NCBI GenBank assembly: GCA_037200905.1
Contig: JBBCGN010000001.1
Location: 180,795-244,794, forward strand
Source of the DNA: a bacterium
GTDB taxonomy: Bacteria > Patescibacteriota > Minisyncoccia > Phycocordibacterales > UBA9973
Reading direction: 5' to 3'
DNA: 64,000 nt
Shown here: positions 10,071-17,547 of the stretch, one piece after another
Position numbering within the stretch: the first letter of the stretch is position 1
Layout: each line of letters begins with the position of its first letter
Made by a program: the position numbers and the translations under genes
Notes under the pieces: model-generated
What the model saw: only the letters and a program-made list of their open reading frames with translations
What the model was told of the DNA's origin: nothing
The model's database searches: none

Positions 10071-10612
10071 ATGAAGAACAAAAAATACAATTCGGGATTC
10101 ACGCTGGTCGAGACGATGATCTACGTCGCGCTCTTTGCCATCATCATGTCGGGCGCCATCGTCTCTATCTACGGCATCATCAGCTCGAGCACCCGCAACG
10201 CGACCAAAGCCATGGTGCAGGAGGAGGCAGTTTCCTCGTCGGCAAGATCGACTGGGTCTTGAGCAAGGCCGCGCATGCATCGGTGAGCGCAGACGGGCTC
10301 TCGCTCACTATCCAGACTTTCGACAGCCCTGCAGTCATCATGGAAATTTCCGTATCGTCTGACGGAGAAAGCATGAGCATCGACACCGATGTCGTCGGCG
10401 GGATATACGACGGGCAGAATCTGAATAATTCCAACGTGACCATCACCTGCAATCCGCCGGCAGGAGGGTCCGGATGCTTCACGTACAATACCGGTACCGG
10501 AGACGGCATCAACCCCGAGAGCGTGACCGCGGATTTCACCCTCAATACCAGAACGAGCGAAGGCTTGTCTTATTCCCAGGAATTTTCTACTATAAAATAT
10601 CTAAGAAAGTAG
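10071..10612 (+). CDS. prepilin-type minor pilin (PilW/PulJ-like), one frameshift
   Basis: MKNKKYNSG|FTLVETMIYVALFAIIMSGAIV. ORFs 10071..10262 and 10259..10612 join as ...MVQEEG|SFLVGKIDWVLSKAAHASVS if one G is restored at 10226-10227. Confidence 0.8.
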
Positions 10613-10632
10613 TTCCTCCTTTCCTGCCTGCC

Positions 10633-13242
10633 ATGACGAAAATAACTAACAAAACCAAAGAAAGAATGAGAAACCGACAGGAAGGCTTCATCGCCCTCGT
10701 CACGGTGCTCATCCTCATGACGGTCCTGATGATGCTCATGTTCGCGAACAATACCTCGAGCTATTTCGCCCGCTTCGATGCCCTTGGCAGCGAGAACAAG
10801 AGGATCAGCCTCGGCCTTTCGGAATCATGCTCGAATGCCGCCCTGTTGCGGCTGGCACAGAACTATGATTACGCAGGCAGTGAGACGATCAATGTCGGAG
10901 ACGATGCGTGCTACATAGAGCATATCAGCAGCGCGAAAAATTACGATATCTATGGCACGGAGATCAGCAAGACAGCGACCATCAACACGAAAGCCCAGCA
11001 CCCTTCCGTCAACGGCTCATGGAGCACGAACAGCATCGTGGCGACCATCAAGGATCCCACGTATACCACCACCGCCATCGCGCCGACATGCACGCTGACT
11101 CTCGACAAGAGCGGCACCATCAACAGCGGACAATCATTAACGGCAACCTGGACAGTTTCCAACAGTCCGACTTCTTTCACTATACGCGGCATCACGAATG
11201 CTGCGCCCAACCCGATCCCGAGCGACGGAGATCCTTCGGGGGGTTCGAAGACTTTCCATCCGACCGAGAGCACCACCTATGTGGGCTTGGTCACGGGCGC
11301 AAACGGCCTGCAAGGACAATGCGTAGTATCGATCTCGGTCAAGCCTTCCATCGGCGAATGCGCGAATACGGTCATGATGCTCGACCGCACCGCGAGCATG
11401 AACGACGAAGCCATTGCCGATGAAAAAGCCGCGGCAGAATCATTGCTCGATTTGTATAACGAGCTAGGCATCCCTCCGCTCACCGGCATCGGCCGCTTCG
11501 GCAAGGACAGCAAGACCAGCGCGGAAATCATCCCCGCCATCGGTTCCATACCGGAAGCGAGCATGACGAGCTCGTACGGAGAAAAATCTGCGCCCGGCAG
11601 CCTCGGCCCGTATGCGCCATCGAATGCATCGGCCGGATGGACGAACCCGAACAACGGCCGTGCCCACGAATCGCCTGCCGCTCTATACGCCACGAGCACG
11701 ACAAGCGGGCAGAAGCAGAATTATTACAATTTCGGCTTCAATACGAATTCGTCGAACACTATCCCGTCGAGCGCGACCATCCAAGGCATAGAAGTCACCA
11801 TCGACGGCAAGATAGCGGGCACGGCATCGCAGGATTCGGCGAAAACATATCCGACAAGCACGGGCAATTTCAATTCCTGGACGGCAAATAATGCAAACAA
11901 TTGCAGAAGCACTCCCACGAACACAAAAGGAACGACATGCGTGAACGGCACTGACGCCAGTGATAATACGTACCTAGTTGCACCAGCGCCTACCCCTACG
12001 CCCACACAGGCCACACAGACTTTTATGCTGCCGAACATGAGCATTCCGCAAGGTTCGAAAATAAATTCCGTGGCATTCTTCGCTGTAGTGAAAAATGGCA
12101 GCGCCGGAACCAGCAATGTAAAACTGGTGCTAGAAAACAGCACCGGCCCAGGACATCAATGGCTCGACAGCGGGCATGCGTTATCATCGACTATGTATAC
12201 GACCATACAATACAATAATACACCGACAAATATAAACCCAAGCACCGGCATAGCATGGACGATTGACGACGTGAACACATGGGCTGGAAACGGCAAATTA
12301 CGCTTTGGCATACAGCGTACGAATACGAACAGCGTCGCGCCGCGAGTGACGCAGATCTATGCGATCGTGAACTATTACTCCCCTTCGATCAACGTGGACC
12401 TGTCATGGAACAACGGAGCGAACGGCACCTATACCACCGGAAGCGGGACAGGAGTAAAGACGGTCGTTCTCACCGCCACCGACCCCGGCACGGGAGTCAT
12501 CCTCGGAGGCGCGACCGACCTGTGGGACGAACCGGGATGGGACGATTTTGATTTCGATAACGGCAGCTTCCTCGTGCGGCTGACAAACAATGCCGCAACG
12601 GGCAATACTCTTTCTATCGATTATGTGAAAGTAAAAGTCTATTATACCGGACCGTCGGGCCTCTATGCTTCGATCAAAGAAGGACTCGATAACAGCATAG
12701 GCAGTTATACCAACTTGGGCGATGCCATAAAGTACGGCGCCACGGAACTCGGCACGGTCAATGACGGCAAGAAAAAAGTGCTGATACTCATCTCCGACGG
12801 CACGAATGTGAACTTGGATTCTTCAAATGCTACAGGCAGCACGAACACCACGCAGTCCGCCATCAACTGGGCCAAGACCGAAGCCACGAATGCGAAGAAC
12901 GGCTCCGGCGGCCTGCCGCAGACGGAAATCTATACCATCCACTTCGGCAGTACGGCATCTGACGGAACATACAATCCTTCGCCGCGGAATTTCATAGCCG
13001 GCCTCGCCACGAGTTCCGCAAACGATAAAGCGACTGCTGCCCTGGAAAACTCGGACGATGATCATTTCTTCATCGCTCCAAGCTCCTCGGACATGCAGAA
13101 AGTCTTCAATACCATCGGCAAGCTCGCCTGTCCCGCCCTCACGAACCCAGGCTCGCCTGAACCGATTCCCGACCCGCCGTCTCCTCCGCCTCCACCACCA
13201 CCGGTGTCTATCGGCTCATGGGACGAAGTCATCACGCCATAG
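10633..13242 (+). CDS. PilX_N-like N-terminal anchor plus a vWA domain interrupted by a ~400-aa beta-rich insert, with a Pro-rich C-terminus (putative pilus-associated adhesin)
   Basis: I take Met54 of ORF 10474..13242 as the start: MTKITNKTKERMRNRQEGFIALVTVLILMTVLMMLMF. First vWA half: TVMMLDRTASMNDEAIADEKAAAESLLDLY...GIGRFG. Second half about 400 aa later: SYTNLGDAIKYG...KKKVLILISDGTNVN...IYTIHFG...DHFFIAPSSSDMQKVF. Tail: PEPIPDPPSPPPPPPPVSIG. Confidence 0.75.
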   Translation: MTKITNKTKERMRNRQEGFIALVTVLILMTVLMMLMFANNTSSYFARFDALGSENKRISLGLSESCSNAALLRLAQNYDYAGSETINVGDDACYIEHISSAKNYDIYGTEISKTATINTKAQHPSVNGSWSTNSIVATIKDPTYTTTAIAPTCTLTLDKSGTINSGQSLTATWTVSNSPTSFTIRGITNAAPNPIPSDGDPSGGSKTFHPTESTTYVGLVTGANGLQGQCVVSISVKPSIGECANTVMMLDRTASMNDEAIADEKAAAESLLDLYNELGIPPLTGIGRFGKDSKTSAEIIPAIGSIPEASMTSSYGEKSAPGSLGPYAPSNASAGWTNPNNGRAHESPAALYATSTTSGQKQNYYNFGFNTNSSNTIPSSATIQGIEVTIDGKIAGTASQDSAKTYPTSTGNFNSWTANNANNCRSTPTNTKGTTCVNGTDASDNTYLVAPAPTPTPTQATQTFMLPNMSIPQGSKINSVAFFAVVKNGSAGTSNVKLVLENSTGPGHQWLDSGHALSSTMYTTIQYNNTPTNINPSTGIAWTIDDVNTWAGNGKLRFGIQRTNTNSVAPRVTQIYAIVNYYSPSINVDLSWNNGANGTYTTGSGTGVKTVVLTATDPGTGVILGGATDLWDEPGWDDFDFDNGSFLVRLTNNAATGNTLSIDYVKVKVYYTGPSGLYASIKEGLDNSIGSYTNLGDAIKYGATELGTVNDGKKKVLILISDGTNVNLDSSNATGSTNTTQSAINWAKTEATNAKNGSGGLPQTEIYTIHFGSTASDGTYNPSPRNFIAGLATSSANDKATAALENSDDDHFFIAPSSSDMQKVFNTIGKLACPALTNPGSPEPIPDPPSPPPPPPPVSIGSWDEVITP

Positions 13243-13245
13243 CAT

Positions 13246-13274
13246 TTGCTTATTCAACCGATGTGTGATATAAA
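13246..13274 (+). promoter_or_regulatory. candidate promoter of the major pilin gene
   Basis: TTGCTT (13246-13251), 17-nt spacer, TATAAA (13269-13274). The leader contains the hairpin CTCCGC-cgaat-GCGGAG (13323-13340). Confidence 0.4.
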
Positions 13275-13357
13275 TATCGCTATAAAATATGTCGAATTAG
13301 TAACATTTATTATCAGTTAACTTGCTCCGCCGAATGCGGAGGTAAAAACAAATCATT

Positions 13358-13930
13358 ATGAATTTCAAGAAATCGAACAGGCAGTCTCTCGCCATCATGG
13401 GGGGGGTAAAAGGCAATAAGGGTTTCACCCTCATCGAAATCCTCATCGTTATCGGCATCATCGCCATTCTCGCAGCTATCGTCATCATCGCTATCAACCC
13501 TGCCAAGCAGTTCGCACAGGCTCGCAACACGCAGCGTACTGCGAACGTGAACGCGATCTTGAACGCTATCGGCCAGCGTATTGCAGACAATAAAGGTAAG
13601 TTCGACGGTGATTTTGCAATAGGTACTCCTGCCGTTACCTACACATGCCCAACACTGCCAGACATAGATGCAGGTGACATTCCTACTACTAATATACATA
13701 TGGGACCAGAATTGGATACTACACCAGCAGAAGACAACCTTTCATGTCTAGTACCAACCTATATCCCCACTTTGCCTTACGACCCTTCTCTATCAGACAA
13801 GCCAGCGGGTTCAGACTCAATTGGATACCAGGTTGGCGTAGATCCACAAGGAAGAGTCACTGTATGTTCTACAGAAGCTGCAACTGAGAAAGCAATCCCA
13901 GATCCAGAAGAAATCTGCGTCACTCGCTAA
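13358..13930 (+). CDS. type IV pilin (probable major subunit)
   Basis: ...GGVKGNKG|FTLIEILIVIGIIAILAAIVIIAINP, the canonical class III signal and hydrophobic helix. A C-terminal Cys pair (CPTLP...CSTE...ICV) is present. It is the last gene of the operon and is followed by a strong terminator. The start could be Met1 or Met14. Confidence 0.85.
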   Translation: MNFKKSNRQSLAIMGGVKGNKGFTLIEILIVIGIIAILAAIVIIAINPAKQFAQARNTQRTANVNAILNAIGQRIADNKGKFDGDFAIGTPAVTYTCPTLPDIDAGDIPTTNIHMGPELDTTPAEDNLSCLVPTYIPTLPYDPSLSDKPAGSDSIGYQVGVDPQGRVTVCSTEAATEKAIPDPEEICVTR

Positions 13931-13948
13931 ATTTCTTCCCTCATTCAA

Positions 13949-13975
13949 AAAGCCCCTCACGGGGCTTTTTGTTTT
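13949..13975 (+). terminator. rho-independent terminator of the pilus operon
   Basis: AGCCCC-tcac-GGGGCT (13951-13966) followed by TTTTTGTTTT. Confidence 0.85.
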
Positions 13976-13993
13976 ATTACTGAGATAAAAATT

Positions 13994-14021
13994 AATAAAA
14001 GGGCTGTCCGTAGACAGCCCC
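13994..14021 (-). terminator. minus-strand terminator-like hairpin (T4 of a stack)
   Basis: GGGCTGTC (14001-14008) pairs with GACAGCCC (14013-14020). On the minus strand it is followed by TTTTATTAAT. Confidence 0.55.
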
Positions 14022-14141
14022 AGAGCTGGATGTTCTTTGAATGAAGAGAAACTGTAAAAGATCTAATTCTTTTCACGCATATTGGATACAAGACTGCACC
14101 ACAACAAGCTAACTATAATACAAAAGGCAGAGAAAGCAAAT

Positions 14142-14174
14142 AAAAAAAACCGCCCTCATACGAAAAAGGGCGGT
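14142..14174 (-). terminator. minus-strand terminator-like hairpin (T3)
   Basis: ACCGCCCT (14149-14156) pairs with AGGGCGGT (14167-14174). On the minus strand it is followed by T8. Confidence 0.65.
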
Positions 14175-14283
14175 ACTTTCCTATGAAAATTCACCAAAAA
14201 GAACTGTGGTTCCTCACCGGACACTGGACATGCATATATATCTCGTCTGCAATATATAGCACATATTTGAAAATAAAGCAAAC

Positions 14284-14310
14284 GAAAAAGGACTGTGCGG
14301 AACAGTCCTT
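14284..14310 (-). terminator. minus-strand terminator-like hairpin (T2)
   Basis: AAGGACTGT (14288-14296) pairs with ACAGTCCTT (14302-14310). On the minus strand it is followed by TTTTTCGTTT. Confidence 0.65.
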
Positions 14311-14403
14311 GTGGCTCTCGACAGGATCTGATATTAAAAACGGGTGGCCATCTGCCTATATCATACAAGATGCGACGTATCAGCACAAGCGGATGGGATG
14401 GCA

Positions 14404-14434
14404 AGAAAAAACCGCCGCTAGGAATAGCGGCGGT
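14404..14434 (-). terminator. minus-strand rho-independent terminator (T1), downstream of 14514..14864
   Basis: ACCGCCGCTA (14411-14420) pairs with TAGCGGCGGT (14425-14434). On the minus strand it is followed by T6. Confidence 0.75.
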
Positions 14435-14513
14435 TGGGACCCTGGCTCTTGGCTCTGTGCTGACGTTCTGTGCCGGAGAGTCCCGATTCTTAAGAAGAAA
14501 ACTTCGGACGGGC

Positions 14514-14864
14514 CTACTTGGACACGAGTTCCATGACCGCTTCGGCGCCGCGGATAGCGCCCTTCTCATACGTGGTCATCTCGTCTTTCCTTTCCATGGG
14601 ACTGCCGTTAGTGCGGTTATCGATCCTTTTGTAGATCTCTTCCCTGCGTATTTCGCAGACTTTTTTGATATCTTCGGGAGTGCTGTGCACGCTGATCTTG
14701 GCATTGATCTTGGCGAGCGACGAGACGAACCCGTCATGGAATTTCTCAGAGAGCTGAAATCGAGCGCTTTCTGCGCGGGCGTGAGCGTGGTAGCTTTGGA
14801 CTTTGCGGCTGTTTCCATACTTTCTTGATTTTGAATTTTTAGTTTGAAGAAATAGATTGGGCAT
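14514..14864 (-). CDS. hypothetical protein (116 aa)
   Basis: The internal Met33 of ORF 14514..14960 is preceded by GGGAGGGAGGcaagg-ATG, a strong SD. Protein MPNLFLQTKNSKSRKYGNSRKVQSYHAHARAESARFQLSEKFHDGF... has no known motif. Confidence 0.45.
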   Translation of the reverse strand: MPNLFLQTKNSKSRKYGNSRKVQSYHAHARAESARFQLSEKFHDGFVSSLAKINAKISVHSTPEDIKKVCEIRREEIYKRIDNRTNGSPMERKDEMTTYEKGAIRGAEAVMELVSK

Positions 14865-15001
14865 CCTTGCCTCCCTCCCGGAGATGCGCAGGGCGAGGAA
14901 CAAAGACATCCAATCTACACGAGCATGGAAACGGCCCGCCGGAAAGAACAAAATCGGCATATACTATATATGATCCAAGCTCGACTGTCAATCGGGCACA
15001 T

Positions 15002-15030
15002 AAAAAGGCCTCCGCTTCCGGGGAGGCCTT
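15002..15030 (-). terminator. rho-independent terminator after 15045..15605
   Basis: AAGGCCTCC (15005-15013) pairs with GGAGGCCTT (15022-15030). On the minus strand it is followed by TTTTTA. Confidence 0.7.
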
Positions 15031-15044
15031 TGGTCAAGATCCGA

Positions 15045-15605
15045 TTATACTGTAATCTTGTGGGGAATTCTAAAAAATGTGATCAGCCGCTCGAGCCGCC
15101 TGAGAGGATTCACGTGCTTGTGCACGGCGAAGTCGAATAGGACAAGCTCCAAGTTGTAGATCTCATACGTTTTTTCATGGTACGACACGCGCACCTGGCA
15201 GCGCCGCTCGTCCTTGCACAGACGGTAATACACCGTCTCGGAACTCGCCGATTGCCGCTTCTCTTCTATCGCGATCGAAAGGGTGCCGCATACCATCTCA
15301 AGCAGAGAGCAGAATTTTTCCACCTTGTCGCGCTTGACGTGTTCGCATTTCCGTTCGGCGATCTCATAGCCGAGAAAGCTCGCGATGTGCGCGGGCCTGC
15401 AATTCTCGCCGATCAGTACGATGACTTCCGGATACATCTGCGCCAGCACGATGCCGTGCGCCATCTGGAAGTGGAGCGGACGCCGCAGCACTACGTCGAA
15501 CGCATGGCCTTCTGCGTGAGTGATCCTGTACGCGACAGAATCGAGAAACTTGGCATCGAGCCGTTCCGTAAGCTTTACGAAAGAGAGTATGCGCTTCTTC
15601 TTCAA
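15045..15605 (-). CDS. hypothetical protein; its C-terminal ~75 aa are paralogous to 30627..30953
   Basis: 186-aa ORF with a TTG start, which is uncertain. C-terminal text KVEKFCSLLEMVCGTLSIAIEEKRQSASSETVYYRLCKDERRCQVRVSYHEKTYEIYNLELVLFDFAVH aligns with EVEKFCKNLESVCKSFGMQIRKKTESGRSESRYYVLFKKERECTIRVSCHRSSSDRKRDFDFVITH. Confidence 0.5.
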   Translation of the reverse strand: MKKKRILSFVKLTERLDAKFLDSVAYRITHAEGHAFDVVLRRPLHFQMAHGIVLAQMYPEVIVLIGENCRPAHIASFLGYEIAERKCEHVKRDKVEKFCSLLEMVCGTLSIAIEEKRQSASSETVYYRLCKDERRCQVRVSYHEKTYEIYNLELVLFDFAVHKHVNPLRRLERLITFFRIPHKITV

Positions 15606-15711
15606 GAGACCCTTAAGGATTTTATTGGCTTGGGTTATATGCCCAAGCGTTTTTCGTTTTTTGGCATGACAAACCTCCTTTTTGTTAAAGATATATTCGG
15701 GTTTATTATAT

Positions 15712-15753
15712 ACCGAAAACGAAAAGATGTCAAAGGCTGCCCTCTGACATCTT
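15712..15753 (-). terminator. terminator after the cupredoxin gene
   Basis: AAGATGTCA (15724-15732) pairs with TGACATCTT (15745-15753). On the minus strand it is followed by TTCGTTTTCGG. Confidence 0.6.
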
Positions 15754-15770
15754 TCGCAACCAAGAGAACC

Positions 15771-16244
15771 CTAGTTCACGACGACGATGGTGGCCTTCAT
15801 ATTCGGATGCAGGGCGCAATGGTACGTGTAGATGCCGGCCGTCGAGAGCGTCAGGCTGTAAGTACTGCCCTCCGCGAGCGAGCCGGAGTCGAGCAGCTTG
15901 CCCGAATCCGAGGTGACAGTGTGGCTCATCTGGTCGTAGTTCTCCCAGGTGACCTTCGTGCCCTTTTTAACGGTCAGATAGGCGGGGCTGAAAGCGGAGT
16001 CCCTGATCTCGACAGTGGCAGTGCCGGTAATCGGCGCTGGCGCAGCAGTGGTAGGGCTCGGTGCCGGAGCAGTCGTTGCCGGCTTCGTGCCCGGCGGAGT
16101 CGTCGGCCCGCTCATGCCCGCATCCGCGCCGGCCGGCGGCATGTCGGTGGCGGGCGGCAAGCTGTTCTTCTTCATCATCACGTACGCGACGATAGTGATG
16201 ATGACTACGATTATCAAAACGATATATATTCCCGATTTTTTCAT
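15771..16244 (-). CDS. membrane-anchored cupredoxin (plastocyanin/amicyanin-like type-1 copper protein)
   Basis: N-terminal TM helix IYIVLIIVVIITIVAYVMM, then a Pro/Thr/Ala linker. Cupredoxin ligand pattern: ...QMSHTVTS... and ...YTYHCALHPNMKATIVV (His, Cys-x2-His-x2-Met). Confidence 0.8.
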   Translation of the reverse strand: MKKSGIYIVLIIVVIITIVAYVMMKKNSLPPATDMPPAGADAGMSGPTTPPGTKPATTAPAPSPTTAAPAPITGTATVEIRDSAFSPAYLTVKKGTKVTWENYDQMSHTVTSDSGKLLDSGSLAEGSTYSLTLSTAGIYTYHCALHPNMKATIVVVN

Positions 16245-16330
16245 ATGAATTTACAAGTTATCTGCTAATAATGATTGTTCTCGGCATGACAGGTTCCGCT
16301 ATGCTAATAGCCGAGCGAGCAAGATATATG

Positions 16331-17512
16331 TTACGCATTCGCCACCCTCTTCACCTCGTCGAGCGTGGTGATGCCGGCGACCACTTTTTCCAGTCCTGCG
16401 TCCCAGAGCGTGCGCTTCTGCTTCTCCTTGAATATCTCGAGCAGCGAGGAGTTCGGCTTGTCGAGGATGGTGGAGCGGATCTCTTCGTCGAAATTCAGGA
16501 TCTCGTAGATGCCGACGCGGCCGATATAGCCGGTCTTGTGGCACTTGTCGCAGCCGGCGCCCTTGCGGAAGTTGTTGTAGTTCGTGACATGCGGCATCAG
16601 GCTCTTCTCTTCCTCGGTCGGGCGGTACGGCTCGGCGCAGGCGTCGCAGACCTTGCGCACCAGGCGGGACGACACCACGCCGGCGATGCCGTAGGCGATG
16701 ACTGACCGCGGCACCTCCATCTCCATCATGCGCGATACCACGCCACGGATGTCGAAGGTATGGAATGTCGAGAATATGAGCATGCCGGAGAGCGATGACT
16801 GCGAAGTGATCTGCGCGGTCTCCGCATCGCGGATCTCGCCCACCATGATGATGTCCGGGTCCTGGCGCAGGACGTACTTGATGGCCTTCGAGAAATCGAG
16901 GCCGATATCCTGGTTTATCTGGAGCTGGCGGATGCCTTCGATCTCGAATTCCACCGGATCCTCGATGGTGACGATGTTCTTCTCCACCTTGTTGCACGAG
17001 TTCAGGAAGGAATACAGGAGCGAGGTCTTGCCGGAGCCGGTCGGGCCGGTGATGAGGATCAGGCCGTTCGGGCGGTAGATGAGCTTCTTCACGTCCTCGA
17101 GCTGGGTCGGGGTGAAGCCGAGATCCTCGATCTTCATGACCACGTCTTCCCTGTTGAGCACGCGGAGCGCCAGAGCCTCACCATGGGCCGTCGGGAACGT
17201 GGAGATGCGCAGGTTGTACGTCTGGCCCTTGGCCTTGGATTCGAATTCGAAATGGCCGTCCTTCGGCAGGCGGAACTCGGTGATGTCGATCTGCGACAGG
17301 ACCTTCAGGCGGGAGATGACGTGACTGCGCAGGTCTTTCGGCAGGGCGAGCTCGTGATGGAGGATGCCGTCGATGCGGTAGCGCACGTTGAATATTTTCT
17401 TGCCCGGGTCGAGGTGAATATCGCTCGCGCGTTTCGCGATGGCGTTCTCGATGATGTAGTCGATGAGAAATTCCGGCTCGATCTGATCGATGACTTTCGT
17501 GATGTCTTCCAT
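16331..17512 (-). CDS. PilB/GspE-family secretion ATPase (second, intact copy)
   Basis: 393 aa. Motifs: ASDIHLDP, Walker [22 protein letters not shown], Walker [21 protein letters not shown], tetra-Cys CDAC...GCDKCHKTGYIGR, and C-terminal AGITTLDEVKRV. Confidence 0.9.
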   Translation of the reverse strand: MEDITKVIDQIEPEFLIDYIIENAIAKRASDIHLDPGKKIFNVRYRIDGILHHELALPKDLRSHVISRLKVLSQIDITEFRLPKDGHFEFESKAKGQTYNLRISTFPTAHGEALALRVLNREDVVMKIEDLGFTPTQLEDVKKLIYRPNGLILITGPTGSGKTSLLYSFLNSCNKVEKNIVTIEDPVEFEIEGIRQLQINQDIGLDFSKAIKYVLRQDPDIIMVGEIRDAETAQITSQSSLSGMLIFSTFHTFDIRGVVSRMMEMEVPRSVIAYGIAGVVSSRLVRKVCDACAEPYRPTEEEKSLMPHVTNYNNFRKGAGCDKCHKTGYIGRVGIYEILNFDEEIRSTILDKPNSSLLEIFKEKQKRTLWDAGLEKVVAGITTLDEVKRVANA

Positions 17513-17547
17513 ATGGCAAACATTATACCAAGACGCCTAAGAGAGTG

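Noticed and set aside
14156-14828. Track ORFs 14183..14536 (+), 14156..14569 (-) and 14295..14828 (+) as genes.
   Set aside because: They read through three to four strong terminator hairpins, overlap each other, and have no motif or RBS. The interval is more likely non-coding.
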